DNA from: Promethearchaeota archaeon | GTDB taxonomy: Archaea > Asgardarchaeota > Lokiarchaeia > Sigyniarchaeales > SOKP01 | Direction of reading: 5' to 3' | DNA: 64,000 bases | Assembly (NCBI GenBank): GCA_029838195.1 | Contig: JALGVJ010000015.1 | Span: forward strand, 1-64,000 | Part shown: in pieces, positions 39,823 through 50,623 of the stretch | How the letters are laid out: every line of letters begins with the position of its first letter | Position numbering within the stretch: the first letter of the stretch is position 1 | Notes under the pieces: generated by a model | Told to the model about the DNA's origin: nothing | The model's database searches: none | Seen by the model: the letters and a program-made list of their open reading frames with translations, nothing else | Program-made: the position numbers and the translations under genes

Positions 39823-41722
39823 GTGGAGTGGATACACGGGAACTATTTTAGAAATTGATTTAACTTCGAGAAAGACCTTCTCAATTAAGGAAAATAAAGA
39901 GGATTTGCGTCAATTCTTGGGAGGGTTTGGCATGAATTGTAAACTTTTCGCTGATCGTTTCGTGCCTAAAGTTGACCCCTTATCGCCCGAAAATTTTGTA
40001 ATTATAGGGACGGGGCCTTTAGTTGGAACGATAACACCAGGAGCTTCGAGAACCGTTGTTATCTCAAAATTTCCCGCAACCGGGGCTATAGCTAATTCCT
40101 GTGGAAGTATGAGTTTCGGCTTTCAAATGAAGCAAGCGGGTTATGATCATGTGATTATTCATGGCCGAGCTGAAAAACCTTCCTATTTATTAATTATTGA
40201 CGATGCCGTGGAAATTAGAGATGCATCCAAAATCTGGGGTAAAGATATCGTGAATTCCACTAACTTTTTGAAAAAAAAGCATGGTTCGAGCGGAGTTATT
40301 TCAATTGGACAAGCGGGTGAAAATTTAGTAAAAGGAGCGTTAACACTCATTGATAATACTTCCACGCTTGGAAGGGGTGGATTAGGCGCAATTTTGGGGT
40401 CAAAAAACGTAAAAGCAATAGTTGTAAAAGGAAAAAGAGGTATAGATATAGCCCATCCTACAGTATTTAATGAATTGTATGAGAAGTTCATGGAAAGAGT
40501 ACGGAATTACCCTCAGAGAGAATCGTGGTTGAGCCTTGGAATGTTAAGAAGTTTGCCAATTGGGATGTTATTATCATTAAAAGGACAAAAAACAAAGGTA
40601 AAACAAGTTAGTGAACGGACGTATTTAAAAAAAATAAAAGCAAGGCGCATTGCATGTCCTTCTTGTCCCATGGCCGACAAGGACATTCTATTAATAAAAG
40701 AGGGAGAATTTCAAGGTTTAATTAACTATACTTCTTCGGTTATCAATCCCTTTCTCATGTTCACGTTAGAAGGGTTAAAATCGCATGATGAAGCAATAAA
40801 AGCTTTTGATCTAATTAATAGATATGGATTAGATTCATTAACCATTACTGCGCTACTCGAATTTTTAACTCAAATGCAAGAAAAGGGGATTTTAACGGAG
40901 GACATCACGGGAATAAAGTTTTCTACGGATTATAAGAGTTTAGAGAGACTCATCAAAATGATTGCGTTCCGTAAAGGATTTGGAAACATACTCGCGGAAG
41001 GTTGGGAGGGGTTAGCTGAATTAAATGAAAAAATAAGGGAGGAGATGCTTGTCATAAAGGGTTTAGATGTGGTATTCGAACCGCGACTTTTACGCCTGGG
41101 CACGATGGAATTTGAGCAAGTAGTAAATCCTAAGGGAGCTCATATCGCATCCGGTGGCTCTCCTACTTATGTAGGGGCTGCGAGTTCTATTGATAAGTTT
41201 GAAACGCATTTTCATAGAATGGGGATACCAAACGATGCCATAAAACGAATTTTTAATCCTCCTAAAAAAGATTTATTAATTGATATTGGTAGATTAACCC
41301 GTTATTCAGAAGATTGGTATGCCCTTTTAACTTCACTCGGTTTGTGCGCTCGGGCTCAAATGAATCGATTTTACAACTTCCGGCTAATCCGTGAGATCTA
41401 TAATTCTGTTACTGGTTTTAATTTAAGTGAGGACGAATTTCGTAGAACTGCAGAACGATCATGGAATTTGCTTAAAATCTTAAACATGAAAGAAGGATTT
41501 TCGAGAAAGAATGATAAATTCCCCTCGAATTGGTTTAAACCATTGAGATATGGAAAACTCACTCTCGAAATCAAGGATTTTACGGGAGAAACGAGGATTA
41601 CGGAGGAATTAGCCATTGAATTGCTTGATAATTATTATGATGAGCGGGGGTGGGATAAAGAAAATGGGCTTCCTACAACTTCAAAGCTAAAGCAATTGAA
41701 TTTAGAGAGGTATTTGACATGA
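39815..41722 (+). CDS. aor: Tungsten-dependent aldehyde:ferredoxin oxidoreductase family protein
   Basis: GYTGTILEIDLT, SIGQAGENLV, GRGGLGAILGSKNVKAI, CPSCP, YYDERGWD. Confidence 0.92.
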   Translation: MSEWSGYTGTILEIDLTSRKTFSIKENKEDLRQFLGGFGMNCKLFADRFVPKVDPLSPENFVIIGTGPLVGTITPGASRTVVISKFPATGAIANSCGSMSFGFQMKQAGYDHVIIHGRAEKPSYLLIIDDAVEIRDASKIWGKDIVNSTNFLKKKHGSSGVISIGQAGENLVKGALTLIDNTSTLGRGGLGAILGSKNVKAIVVKGKRGIDIAHPTVFNELYEKFMERVRNYPQRESWLSLGMLRSLPIGMLLSLKGQKTKVKQVSERTYLKKIKARRIACPSCPMADKDILLIKEGEFQGLINYTSSVINPFLMFTLEGLKSHDEAIKAFDLINRYGLDSLTITALLEFLTQMQEKGILTEDITGIKFSTDYKSLERLIKMIAFRKGFGNILAEGWEGLAELNEKIREEMLVIKGLDVVFEPRLLRLGTMEFEQVVNPKGAHIASGGSPTYVGAASSIDKFETHFHRMGIPNDAIKRIFNPPKKDLLIDIGRLTRYSEDWYALLTSLGLCARAQMNRFYNFRLIREIYNSVTGFNLSEDEFRRTAERSWNLLKILNMKEGFSRKNDKFPSNWFKPLRYGKLTLEIKDFTGETRITEELAIELLDNYYDERGWDKENGLPTTSKLKQLNLERYLT

Positions 41723-41813
41723 AGTCATGTATCATGTAAACCAAAAATTTTTACGAAACCATCCATTATTTTACTTACAAGTTTATATAGATTAATCAGG
41801 AGGAAAAAATATA

Positions 41814-42140
41814 ATGACAGATATTCAAAAGCAATTAAAAGAACACCTAGAAAATGGCAAAGATTGGGAGCAAATGGAAACGCCTATTCCGGGCGTGTTT
41901 ATCGTGAAAGGTCCTGGAAGTAAAAGACGGCCTCCCATGTTATATTTAGAGATTAATCCGTTAAAAGAAGATGGGACTCCCATGAAACGAAAAGGACTCT
42001 TTATTAATAATTATGAAATGTTAGTAAAATTTTCTGAAGCATTGAACGACGATACTACGTTAAAATTAATTAAAGAAATTGAAAAGGTAAATCCTAAATT
42101 AAATACTAAGAAATCTTCAGTAAAAAAATTACAGATGTAA
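41814..42140 (+). CDS. Hypothetical protein
   Basis: 108-aa ORF with AGGAGG SD; beta-rich core PIPGVFIVK...LYLEINP. Confidence 0.75.
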   Translation: MTDIQKQLKEHLENGKDWEQMETPIPGVFIVKGPGSKRRPPMLYLEINPLKEDGTPMKRKGLFINNYEMLVKFSEALNDDTTLKLIKEIEKVNPKLNTKKSSVKKLQM

Positions 42141-42244
42141 AATCGAGCCTTTTTTTCAGAGAAATTCAATCAAACTAATAAGTTATTAAAATATCATTAG
42201 GAAAACAAAAATACGCATTCCTTGAGAGAGAAGAAGAATTAAAG

Positions 42245-43138
42245 TTAAAGTTCTTTCATAGCCTGATCTGCTTCCTTTTCTAAGTCTGCTGAATCCACCC
42301 ATTCTTGAATTTTTTTAAACTCATCTTCTTGTATATCGTAGCTATATTCTTGCGTGGGATATTTTTCCCCTTTTACTTCTTGTTTATACCCATTGATTGC
42401 TTCTTTAATTGCGGCGCCGATATTTCCAAAATATTTTAAAAATTTGGGTTTAAATTCCGTGAAAATGCCTAACATGTCATGAAGAACGAGAATTTGACCA
42501 TCACAATAAGGGCCTGCACCAATGCCGATGGTAGGAATATCAAGTAAATCCGTGATGATTCTTGCCAATTGCCAAGGAATGCTTTCTAATACAATAGAGA
42601 ATACGCCAGCTTTTTGGAGATTCAATACATCCGTGATGATCTGTTTGGCGGCATTAATCGTCTTGCCTTGTACCATGAATCCTCCAAATTCATAAATGGC
42701 TTGAGGAGTTAGCCCTACGTGTCCCATTACTTGAATGTCTGCCCGTATCAATTTTTTAATAAGAGGACATACTTCGGAGCCCCCTTCTACTTTTACGGCT
42801 TCAGCACCTCCTTCTTGAATGAATCTTCCGGCATTATAGATAGCATCTTTCATATCTACTTTATAAGAAAGAAAGGGCATATCTCCTACAATGAGGGCAT
42901 TGGATACACCACGTGAAACTGCTTTAGTATGATGGATCATCTCATCAACAGTCACCGCAAGCGTGTTTTCATTGCCAAGCATTACCATTGACAATGAATC
43001 TCCTACTAAAATAAAATCAATGCCGCATTCATCCACCAATTTTGCCATCGAATAATCATAAGCCGTGAGAGCAACAATTTTTTCTTTTAATTTTTTTTTT
43101 TCCATTAATTTTTTAATAGTCATTTTACGTAGCGACAT
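42245..43138 (-). CDS. panB: 3-methyl-2-oxobutanoate hydroxymethyltransferase
   Basis: LTAYDY, LVGDSL, GDMPFLSY, VKVEGG, GHVGLTPQ, GIGAG. Confidence 0.97.
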   Translation of the reverse strand: MSLRKMTIKKLMEKKKLKEKIVALTAYDYSMAKLVDECGIDFILVGDSLSMVMLGNENTLAVTVDEMIHHTKAVSRGVSNALIVGDMPFLSYKVDMKDAIYNAGRFIQEGGAEAVKVEGGSEVCPLIKKLIRADIQVMGHVGLTPQAIYEFGGFMVQGKTINAAKQIITDVLNLQKAGVFSIVLESIPWQLARIITDLLDIPTIGIGAGPYCDGQILVLHDMLGIFTEFKPKFLKYFGNIGAAIKEAINGYKQEVKGEKYPTQEYSYDIQEDEFKKIQEWVDSADLEKEADQAMKEL

Positions 43139-43378
43139 GATAGAAAATAACTTATTTCTTTACTAAAACTTTACGTTTCATGAGGGTTCCCATACTGAAT
43201 AGTACCATATTTATCTCTAGAAAATTAAGAGATTCTCATGGATTATCTAGTTCAATTCATCTTACATGAAAAATTGTTCACTCTAATCCATAACGCTAAA
43301 TTTAAAATTAAATTCCTTTATATTTAAATTAAAGAATAATAAAAATTATAATCAGTATTTAAAGGAGATAATTCAACC

Positions 43379-43663
43379 ATGGGAGTAGAATTTGATGGAA
43401 AACACTGCTCAGAATGTGGTTCTGATGGCCCTTTTAGGATCGTCGTTGATGAGTGGATGAGACGAACTTTTCGATTTGTAGAACACGGCCAACTAAAAAT
43501 GTGTGAAAAATGTGGTGCTAAATTTCTCGTTTGCAAACAATGTGGTGCTTTATACACCCGAGTTCATCCCGCTTTAGAGCAATGGGAGCTTTCTACTCAA
43601 TGTCCGAGTTGCGGCTATGTCGATCAAGAAGTTAAAGCCTGGGATGGCGTTTCTGCTCGATAG
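43379..43663 (+). CDS. Small double zinc-finger protein
   Basis: Four CxxCG motifs (CSEC, CEKC, CKQC, CPSC); AGGAG SD. Confidence 0.85.
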   Translation: MGVEFDGKHCSECGSDGPFRIVVDEWMRRTFRFVEHGQLKMCEKCGAKFLVCKQCGALYTRVHPALEQWELSTQCPSCGYVDQEVKAWDGVSAR

Positions 43664-43962
43664 AACGATAAAGGAAAAGGAAAGAACGTAATAAATGGCA
43701 GAATCTTACTATGATTTGGTAATGCCTTAAAAATTAAAGGATGATTTTCTTTATTTTTATTTTCTTTTAAATTTTAAGCAAGGGAACAAGTAAAATTGGA
43801 TAGATATCCTTCTTATCCCATTTTTATCGTAACACTAGCAAAATTCTAGAGAGCTAAAAATCAGAATAAATTAGCAAGAAAATTTAAAATATTAACTTAC
43901 ATATATACATTTAACGTGCAATGATTATTGGAATATTTGTTTCATAAGGGAGTAAATGGAGA

Positions 43963-44433
43963 ATGTTTAATAATATAAAAATTGAAATTGCTTCCCCTGA
44001 AGATATTGATTCTTTGATGGAATTAACCAAGCAATTAGTAGAAGGGTTAAATCAAAAGTTTGAAATAAAACGATTTGATTGGGGAATTCGACGTCGATTA
44101 TATGATCCACTTCAGAGACATGGTATTCTCATTGCTAAAGATGAAAGTACCAATGAGGTCGTGGGAATGATTATCGCTGAATTGCGGATTGACCCTTTTG
44201 GTAGTTCTGAGGGATATATTAAACAATTTTTCATAAAAAATGAATATCGAGGAAAAGGAATTGGTCGGTTATTATTACAGAGAGCCCTTGAGCACTTGAA
44301 AAAAATCAAGGTCGAGCGGGTAAAGGTTAATATTCGAGAGGAAGCTAAGCGTGCGGCAGATCTTTACAATAAAATGAATTTTAAAAAGGTTTTTGAAGTA
44401 TTAGAATTAGATTTGAAAAAGGAAAATATATAA
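43963..44433 (+). CDS. GNAT family N-acetyltransferase
   Basis: YRGKGIGRLLL acetyl-CoA motif; AADLYNKMNF. Confidence 0.9.
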   Translation: MFNNIKIEIASPEDIDSLMELTKQLVEGLNQKFEIKRFDWGIRRRLYDPLQRHGILIAKDESTNEVVGMIIAELRIDPFGSSEGYIKQFFIKNEYRGKGIGRLLLQRALEHLKKIKVERVKVNIREEAKRAADLYNKMNFKKVFEVLELDLKKENI

Positions 44434-44457
44434 ATGAATGTATTTTAATTTTTAATC

Positions 44458-45441
44458 ATGAATAAACATCTGGAAACGCCTTGGGTGGAAAAATATAGAC
44501 CCAAGACATTTGATGAGATAGTTTCCCAGAATATAGCTATTAGCAATATTAAAAAATTCATAAAAAGTAAAGACATGCCCCACATGATTTTTGCGGGACC
44601 TGCAGGGACGGGAAAGACGACGACGGCCCTAATCATGGCAAGAGAAATGATTGGAAAAGAAGATCTTTATAGCTCTTTATTAGAATTAAATGCTTCGGAT
44701 ACGGTTCGGATGGAGTATGTCCGCTCTGTAATTAAAAATTTCATCAATCAAAACATTAGTACGACGAGAAATGGGATTAAATTTATATTATTGGATGAAG
44801 CAGATAACATTCCGGGTCAAGTTCAACAAGCCCTCCGAAGAATGATGGAGCAAACTGCGAATAATGTAAAATTTATTTTAATGTGTAATTATATCAATAG
44901 AATCATCGATCCCATCATTTCAAGATGTGCAGTTTTCCGATTTGTTAATTTACCAAAAGAGCAGGTCATTAAACGATTAAAATTTATCTCAGAAAACGAG
45001 AATTTAAAGATCCCGGAAGAGAAAAAAGACCTTTTTTATAAAACTCTTTATTTTATTTCAGCGGGAGATCTACGAAAAGCTATTAATGCGCTTCAAATGT
45101 CGGTTGCTTTAGATTTAATTCAGGACCTGAACATCAATGAAATCTTAAATATTTCAGGGTTCATGACAGAAAACATGGTTCGACAGTTAAGTTCAGCTTT
45201 CCAAGAAAAAAATTTAACAAGAGTTCAAGAGATTTTACTTTCATTAACGAATTTAGATAGTCGTAATATTTTGCGCCAAGTGGCAGAGATTCTTGTAAAA
45301 TTAAAAGGAATTGGGAGCACGAATTTAGCTCGCTTGAGAGCGTTCCTTGGGGATATTGATTATCGAATTGGCCAAGGAAGTGATGAAAGGCTCCAGCTCA
45401 TGGCATTATTTGCCGAGATCTTGCTTAGCATGAAAAATTAA
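44458..45441 (+). CDS. rfcS: Replication factor C small subunit
   Basis: PWVEKYRP, GPAGTGKTT, ELNASD, LDEAD, SRC, GDLRKAIN. Confidence 0.95.
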   Translation: MNKHLETPWVEKYRPKTFDEIVSQNIAISNIKKFIKSKDMPHMIFAGPAGTGKTTTALIMAREMIGKEDLYSSLLELNASDTVRMEYVRSVIKNFINQNISTTRNGIKFILLDEADNIPGQVQQALRRMMEQTANNVKFILMCNYINRIIDPIISRCAVFRFVNLPKEQVIKRLKFISENENLKIPEEKKDLFYKTLYFISAGDLRKAINALQMSVALDLIQDLNINEILNISGFMTENMVRQLSSAFQEKNLTRVQEILLSLTNLDSRNILRQVAEILVKLKGIGSTNLARLRAFLGDIDYRIGQGSDERLQLMALFAEILLSMKN

Positions 45442-45486
45442 TGAATTAAAAACAAAACGGTTTACTTATTCAAGAGAGAATTAATA

Positions 45487-46533
45487 TTGAATGAAGAAAT
45501 CCCAATTTGGAGGTTTAAATACCTTCCTAAGAGATTAAAGGACATTGTAGGAAGAAAGGATATTATAGATCGATTACTCAAAATTATCCAAGAAGGCAAT
45601 TTTCCTCACTTGCTTTTTGTAGGAACTGAAGGCGTGGGAAAATCAACCATTGCTCGTTTATTCTCCAGGGAGTTTTTAGGAGAATTTCATGATGCTAATT
45701 TTAAATTTGTATTTGCAGATCTCCCTCTCACGGCAGAAGAGAGAGCTCAAGCGAGAACGGTATCGTATGTGTCTACCTCTCGAATTGGTAGTATTGCCGG
45801 AAAAACGTTGACCATGCCTGCTTTCATTCAAATAAAAGTAAAACCATTCGTGGAGCTCAAAGCATTAGGAGACATTCCCTTTAAAATATTAGTGGTTAAA
45901 AATTTTGAGGCTTTAGAAAATAATCAACAAGGATTTAGAAGATTAATGGAAATTTACGGATCAAATTGCCGGATGATTTTAATTACCACGAAAATATCGG
46001 GCGTCATAGATCCCATTTTAAGTCGTTGCCAATTATTCTTGGTTCCTCAAGTAAGCTTGGAAGATTTCAGAGACTTCATTTTGGAGGTTGCTAATAAAGA
46101 GAATTTAGAAATCAATGAAGAAATAATCGAAATTTTACATCGTCTTTCAAGAGGAAATCTTTCTCATGCATTGGATTATTTACAACTTGCAAGCTTGGAA
46201 GGTACAATGATAGATTCAAATGTCTTGTTTGAAACTTATAAAAATTATCAAAACACGATTCCAAAGGAACTATTAATGACAGCATTAAAAGGTGATTTCA
46301 AAAAAGCGAGGGATGTCTCAAGAGAAATTATTTCCAAATATAAAATCACTATAAGGGAACTACTTGTTCAATTACTCACGGAAGTACACAAATTACCCTT
46401 GTCGAGAACAGCAAAATTTGAGTTAATTAACATGATCGCCGAGACGGATTTTAAAGCGATTGACGGACAAGATGATGATATTCACCTTTCCGCTTTGCTT
46501 TCTATAATATGTGCTTTTTCGGAAACTTTATGA
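45487..46533 (+). CDS. Second, degenerate RFC small subunit
   Basis: WRFKYLP, GTEGVGKST, Walker B replaced by VKNFE, SRC finger intact, insertion after Walker A. Confidence 0.88.
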   Translation: MNEEIPIWRFKYLPKRLKDIVGRKDIIDRLLKIIQEGNFPHLLFVGTEGVGKSTIARLFSREFLGEFHDANFKFVFADLPLTAEERAQARTVSYVSTSRIGSIAGKTLTMPAFIQIKVKPFVELKALGDIPFKILVVKNFEALENNQQGFRRLMEIYGSNCRMILITTKISGVIDPILSRCQLFLVPQVSLEDFRDFILEVANKENLEINEEIIEILHRLSRGNLSHALDYLQLASLEGTMIDSNVLFETYKNYQNTIPKELLMTALKGDFKKARDVSREIISKYKITIRELLVQLLTEVHKLPLSRTAKFELINMIAETDFKAIDGQDDDIHLSALLSIICAFSETL

Positions 46534-46553
46534 GAAATAAGTGAGGTGATACG

Positions 46554-47918
46554 ATGGAAAAAAAAAAAAATAATAACATTCCTTGGGTGGAAAAATATAG
46601 ACCTAAAAGCATAAAAGAAATGGCGCTCCCTCAAGCTCGGGTCAATAGGCATAGAGTTAATTTAGCAGAAGAATTAATTCAATTTGTCGAGTCTTTTTTT
46701 GAAGAAATGGAAAAGATAAATGAAGAAAATAAAAAAATTAAAGCCTATAATAGAACAGCACCCTCCAATAAACAAAAGAAATTATTAAGCATGGATCCTA
46801 AAAAAGCAGCATTGCTGTTAGAAGGTCCTCCCGGTATTGGGAAAACATCCCTGGTTTATGCGCTTGCTCACGATTTAAATATGGAAGTAATTGAAACAAA
46901 TGCCTCTGATACGAGAACACGCAAAGCCCTTGAAAATAAATTAAAAGAAACCACTAGATCGAAAGGAATTCTCGATTTCATTATTGAAACAAAACGGAAA
47001 TTAATATTAATTGATGAAGTTGACGGTATTTATGGAGTGAAGGATAAGGGAGCAATCCCTGCGATATTAGACTTGATTCAACAAACTCAATTTCCCATCA
47101 TAATGTGTAGCAATGAATACAAGCAAAATTTGCAGCCGATTTATGATGCAGTTAAAAAATATGAAGTATTGCCTTTATCTAAAGAAGAAATATTAAAAAT
47201 TACCCGCACTATCATAAAAAAAGAGAAGATCACGAATCTAACGAAAGAAGATTTAGAACTCATCATTGATAAAAATAATGGTGATTTAAGAGGGATCATC
47301 AATGATTTGCAAGGAATGAGCCAAGAAATTAAAGATGAAGATAAAAAGCAATTCATTTATAGTTTATATCGTAATAATAATATTGAAATTTTTACCTTAA
47401 TAAGAGATCTCTTTCAAAAGGCGAACTCCTTGCGGGAAGCACGCATGTTAGTCGATCAATCGGATGTAGATTATGCTCTGTTATATAAATGGATTAATGA
47501 AAACTTGCCCTCCTTTGCTTATAATAATGATGAGCTCGCAGAAGCCTTAGAAAATTTAACTTTAGCAGATGAAATTTATGGAAGAATTAGAAAAAACATG
47601 GAATGGTCTTTATTACCTTATTTTTTTGATTTATTCGCCGGAGGAGTTACGTTAGCTATTTCTCCAGAACATAAATCAAAAGGTTTTAGAAGAGTGACAT
47701 TTCCAAGATACATCATGCAACGATCTTTAAGTTCACTTAGTGTTGCAGAACGTAATTTAATAGAAAAAATAAAAATAAAACATGACATGTCTGATCGTGA
47801 AATAATCAAAGATTTCCTCCCCTTTTTACGATTACTCGGTAAATCTTCACGAAAAATGTTAAAAGAAATTAGTGATTGGTTGGAATTAGAAGCCCGCGAA
47901 AAAAAATTAATTCGGTAA
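46554..47918 (+). CDS. rfcL: Replication factor C large subunit
   Basis: PWVEKYRP, GPPGIGKT, ETNASD, IDEVDG, GDLRGIINDLQ, WINEN. Confidence 0.93.
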   Translation: MEKKKNNNIPWVEKYRPKSIKEMALPQARVNRHRVNLAEELIQFVESFFEEMEKINEENKKIKAYNRTAPSNKQKKLLSMDPKKAALLLEGPPGIGKTSLVYALAHDLNMEVIETNASDTRTRKALENKLKETTRSKGILDFIIETKRKLILIDEVDGIYGVKDKGAIPAILDLIQQTQFPIIMCSNEYKQNLQPIYDAVKKYEVLPLSKEEILKITRTIIKKEKITNLTKEDLELIIDKNNGDLRGIINDLQGMSQEIKDEDKKQFIYSLYRNNNIEIFTLIRDLFQKANSLREARMLVDQSDVDYALLYKWINENLPSFAYNNDELAEALENLTLADEIYGRIRKNMEWSLLPYFFDLFAGGVTLAISPEHKSKGFRRVTFPRYIMQRSLSSLSVAERNLIEKIKIKHDMSDREIIKDFLPFLRLLGKSSRKMLKEISDWLELEAREKKLIR

Positions 47919-47938
47919 TCTACTCATATTTGAGTAGA
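47919..47938 (+). terminator. Hairpin directly after the rfcL stop codon
   Basis: TCTACTCA-TATT-TGAGTAGA followed by a T-rich tract. Confidence 0.5.
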
Positions 47939-48165
47939 CGTATTTTTGAATTTCTTAGGCGACAATCGATTAAGATTTAAATTCTTTAATTTTTTTCATC
48001 ATATTACTGAATTTATTCTTAATTTTTAAGAAATAATTTAATATTCATGAATTTTCTTGCCCGCTAATTCTAATTTTAAAGTTATGTTGAAATCAAAATT
48101 TCTTTAAATACTTGTTACTTATGAATCTCAAGAAAATTAAAATAAAAAATAATAGTTGATCTGAA

Positions 48166-48834
48166 ATGAATGAAACAGAAATTGTAGATTTGGAAGAAAA
48201 AAAATCTTTCATGTCAAAAAAATCCCAATTGACCTTACAAATTGCGGGAGCCGCCATTTTCGGTGCATTATCAATCGTGGTTTCGGGAATAGTGGTTCCA
48301 ATTTTACCAAGAATTCCAGGCTGGGGAATAGCTTATTTTGATCCGACTTCTATTATATGGATTACTTGTTTTTTAATATTTGGAATAACGGCAGGATTAT
48401 TATGTTGCGCGATAGGAACTTTCGGGTTGTTAATATTTGATCCTACGGGGATTGGGTCAATTTTTAAGTTTTTTGCCACGATCTCTTTAATTATCGTGCC
48501 GATTCTCGTGTTAAAATTATATAAAAAACAAGAAGGTATCCGTAATAGCCAAAAATTAAAAAATCGCCGAAATTATTTAATCTCGGGAATACTTGGAACG
48601 ATATTGAGAATTATTCTCATGCTAATTTTGAATGTATTATTCTTTTTAACGATCTGGGCGGATTTTTATCAGTTTGCTAACTTAGAATTCGCCGGATTCG
48701 CAGGAGTTACAGGGTGGACGGCAATTATCATGGGAACGATTATCATTAATGGATATTCAAGCGTGATAGATTTGCTGGTGCCTTATTTAATCGTGTTTGG
48801 GACAAAATTGGACGAAAAATTCGAAATATGGTAA
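48166..48834 (+). CDS. ECF transporter S-component-like membrane protein
   Basis: AAIFGALS, YFDP, about 6 TM segments. Confidence 0.75.
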   Translation: MNETEIVDLEEKKSFMSKKSQLTLQIAGAAIFGALSIVVSGIVVPILPRIPGWGIAYFDPTSIIWITCFLIFGITAGLLCCAIGTFGLLIFDPTGIGSIFKFFATISLIIVPILVLKLYKKQEGIRNSQKLKNRRNYLISGILGTILRIILMLILNVLFFLTIWADFYQFANLEFAGFAGVTGWTAIIMGTIIINGYSSVIDLLVPYLIVFGTKLDEKFEIW

Positions 48835-48986
48835 TTAACCCTTAGAATATTTTTGTTGAGATAAATTTCCCTCTATTTTCTTTTTCTTTTACTGCAATAA
48901 TAGAAACCTTTTCATTGATTCGTACTAATTTTAAATAAATAACATCTAAAAGAAATTAAATGAGGAGGTAAAATATAAGGAATAGC

Positions 48987-49778
48987 ATGTCCATCCATGA
49001 ATTCATTCTCGTTGAATTAGATAAGGGAGTAGAAAAAATCAAGTTAAATCGTCCTAAACAATTAAACGCCTTAACTTATCCCCTTATCGTGGAAATTATT
49101 GAAGTACTTGAACAATCCATGAAAAATAAATCTATTAGAGTAATTACCATTGAAGGAGCGGGAAATAATTTCTGTTCTGGGGATGATTTGAAATCCATGG
49201 GATCGGAAGGATTAAGATTTAAACCTTTAGAAGACGGCTCCCGCCTCCCCCATCAAAAAATGGTAAGACTCATTAGAGAAATTCAAAAACCCGTTGTTGC
49301 CTTGCTGAGAGGCTATTGCTTAGGAGCAGGATTTGAACTGGCCTTGGCTTGCGATTTTCGTTTAGCAGCGGATGACTTAATAATTGGAGACCATCGAACC
49401 ACTAGAGCCATTTGCATATTAAGTGGGGCAAGTTGGCTGCTCCCACGGATAGTGGGATTTGGAAGAGCCATGGAGATAATTATGACGGGAAGACATCTTG
49501 ATGCTAAAGAAGCATTTAAAATAGGACTTGTTACAAAAGTCTTTCCCTCTCTCGATTTTGAAAAAGAAGCCGATAAATTTGTACAAGAACTTGCCACCAT
49601 GCCTACTAGATGTTTAGGGTATAATAAGGCAATGTTAAATTATTCTTTAGTTAATGCTTTTTTTCCATCTCTACAAAATGAATTCGATCTCTATTGTAAA
49701 AACATGGCTACCAGAGATTTTGGAGAAGGATTAAAATCTTTTTTAGAAAAACGAAAACCACGCTTTATAGGAAGATAA
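48987..49778 (+). CDS. Enoyl-CoA hydratase/isomerase family protein
   Basis: LNRPKQLNAL, FCSGDDL, GAGFELALACDFR, FLEKRKPRF. Confidence 0.92.
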   Translation: MSIHEFILVELDKGVEKIKLNRPKQLNALTYPLIVEIIEVLEQSMKNKSIRVITIEGAGNNFCSGDDLKSMGSEGLRFKPLEDGSRLPHQKMVRLIREIQKPVVALLRGYCLGAGFELALACDFRLAADDLIIGDHRTTRAICILSGASWLLPRIVGFGRAMEIIMTGRHLDAKEAFKIGLVTKVFPSLDFEKEADKFVQELATMPTRCLGYNKAMLNYSLVNAFFPSLQNEFDLYCKNMATRDFGEGLKSFLEKRKPRFIGR

Positions 49779-49877
49779 GAAAATTTTATAATCTAAATGA
49801 GATTTAAATATATCAATCTTTTATTTTCGAAATTTATTTAAAAAATTTTTTTGATATAAAATAAGAGAGGAAAAAAA

Positions 49878-50492
49878 ATGACAAAAATGATAAAAGGAAT
49901 TCCCTTGTATCTCATATCCATAATATTGACGAACATCTTTTATTATGGTTTATTAATACCTGGAGCTTTGCTATATCCCGGTTATTCGCCCTTCACCCAT
50001 ACAGTATCTGCTATTGGAAATACGACAAAAAATCCGAATGGATGGTACTTTTTTAGTATAAGTTTAATTTTAATGGCAATCGCCCTAATTCCATTTATTT
50101 TAGGGCTGAAAAAGTGGTATGAGACAGAGCCATCCGTTAAGAGAACTATTTTAATCATTCAAATCGTTGGATTATTTAACAGTTTTGCGATGGTCATGAT
50201 TGCTATATTTCCCACGGATCTCGCTTCTGCTCAACATAATTTCTGGAGCTTGATGAATTTTATCTGTATAGAATTAGTAATCTTGCTTGCCGTCATTGGT
50301 TTAAGAAAACACCCTTCCTATTGGAATCGCCTCTCAATAATTGCTCTCTTTGATTTCGTGTTTTGCATCACGTATTTATATTTACTTAATGCTTATAGGC
50401 CAATTGCGACGATTTTTGAATGGCTGACCTTCATCTTAATCTTAACCTATCTTTTATTTGTGGGCATTAACATGTATAAAGAAAAATTATGA
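49878..50492 (+). CDS. DUF998-like membrane protein
   Basis: YPGYSPFTHTVSAIG, IFPTD...H, FEW. Confidence 0.75.
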   Translation: MTKMIKGIPLYLISIILTNIFYYGLLIPGALLYPGYSPFTHTVSAIGNTTKNPNGWYFFSISLILMAIALIPFILGLKKWYETEPSVKRTILIIQIVGLFNSFAMVMIAIFPTDLASAQHNFWSLMNFICIELVILLAVIGLRKHPSYWNRLSIIALFDFVFCITYLYLLNAYRPIATIFEWLTFILILTYLLFVGINMYKEKL

Positions 50493-50623
50493 GCACGTGA
50501 AGGAGACTCTTTAAAAAAGAATAAAAAGATTTATTTTTTTTTTTCCTTGATATAATCCATCTTATAATTAAAGGAAAAAATTTTAGTGATTAGAAGCGAA
50601 CTTTAGTTTGTAAGGAATTTTTT

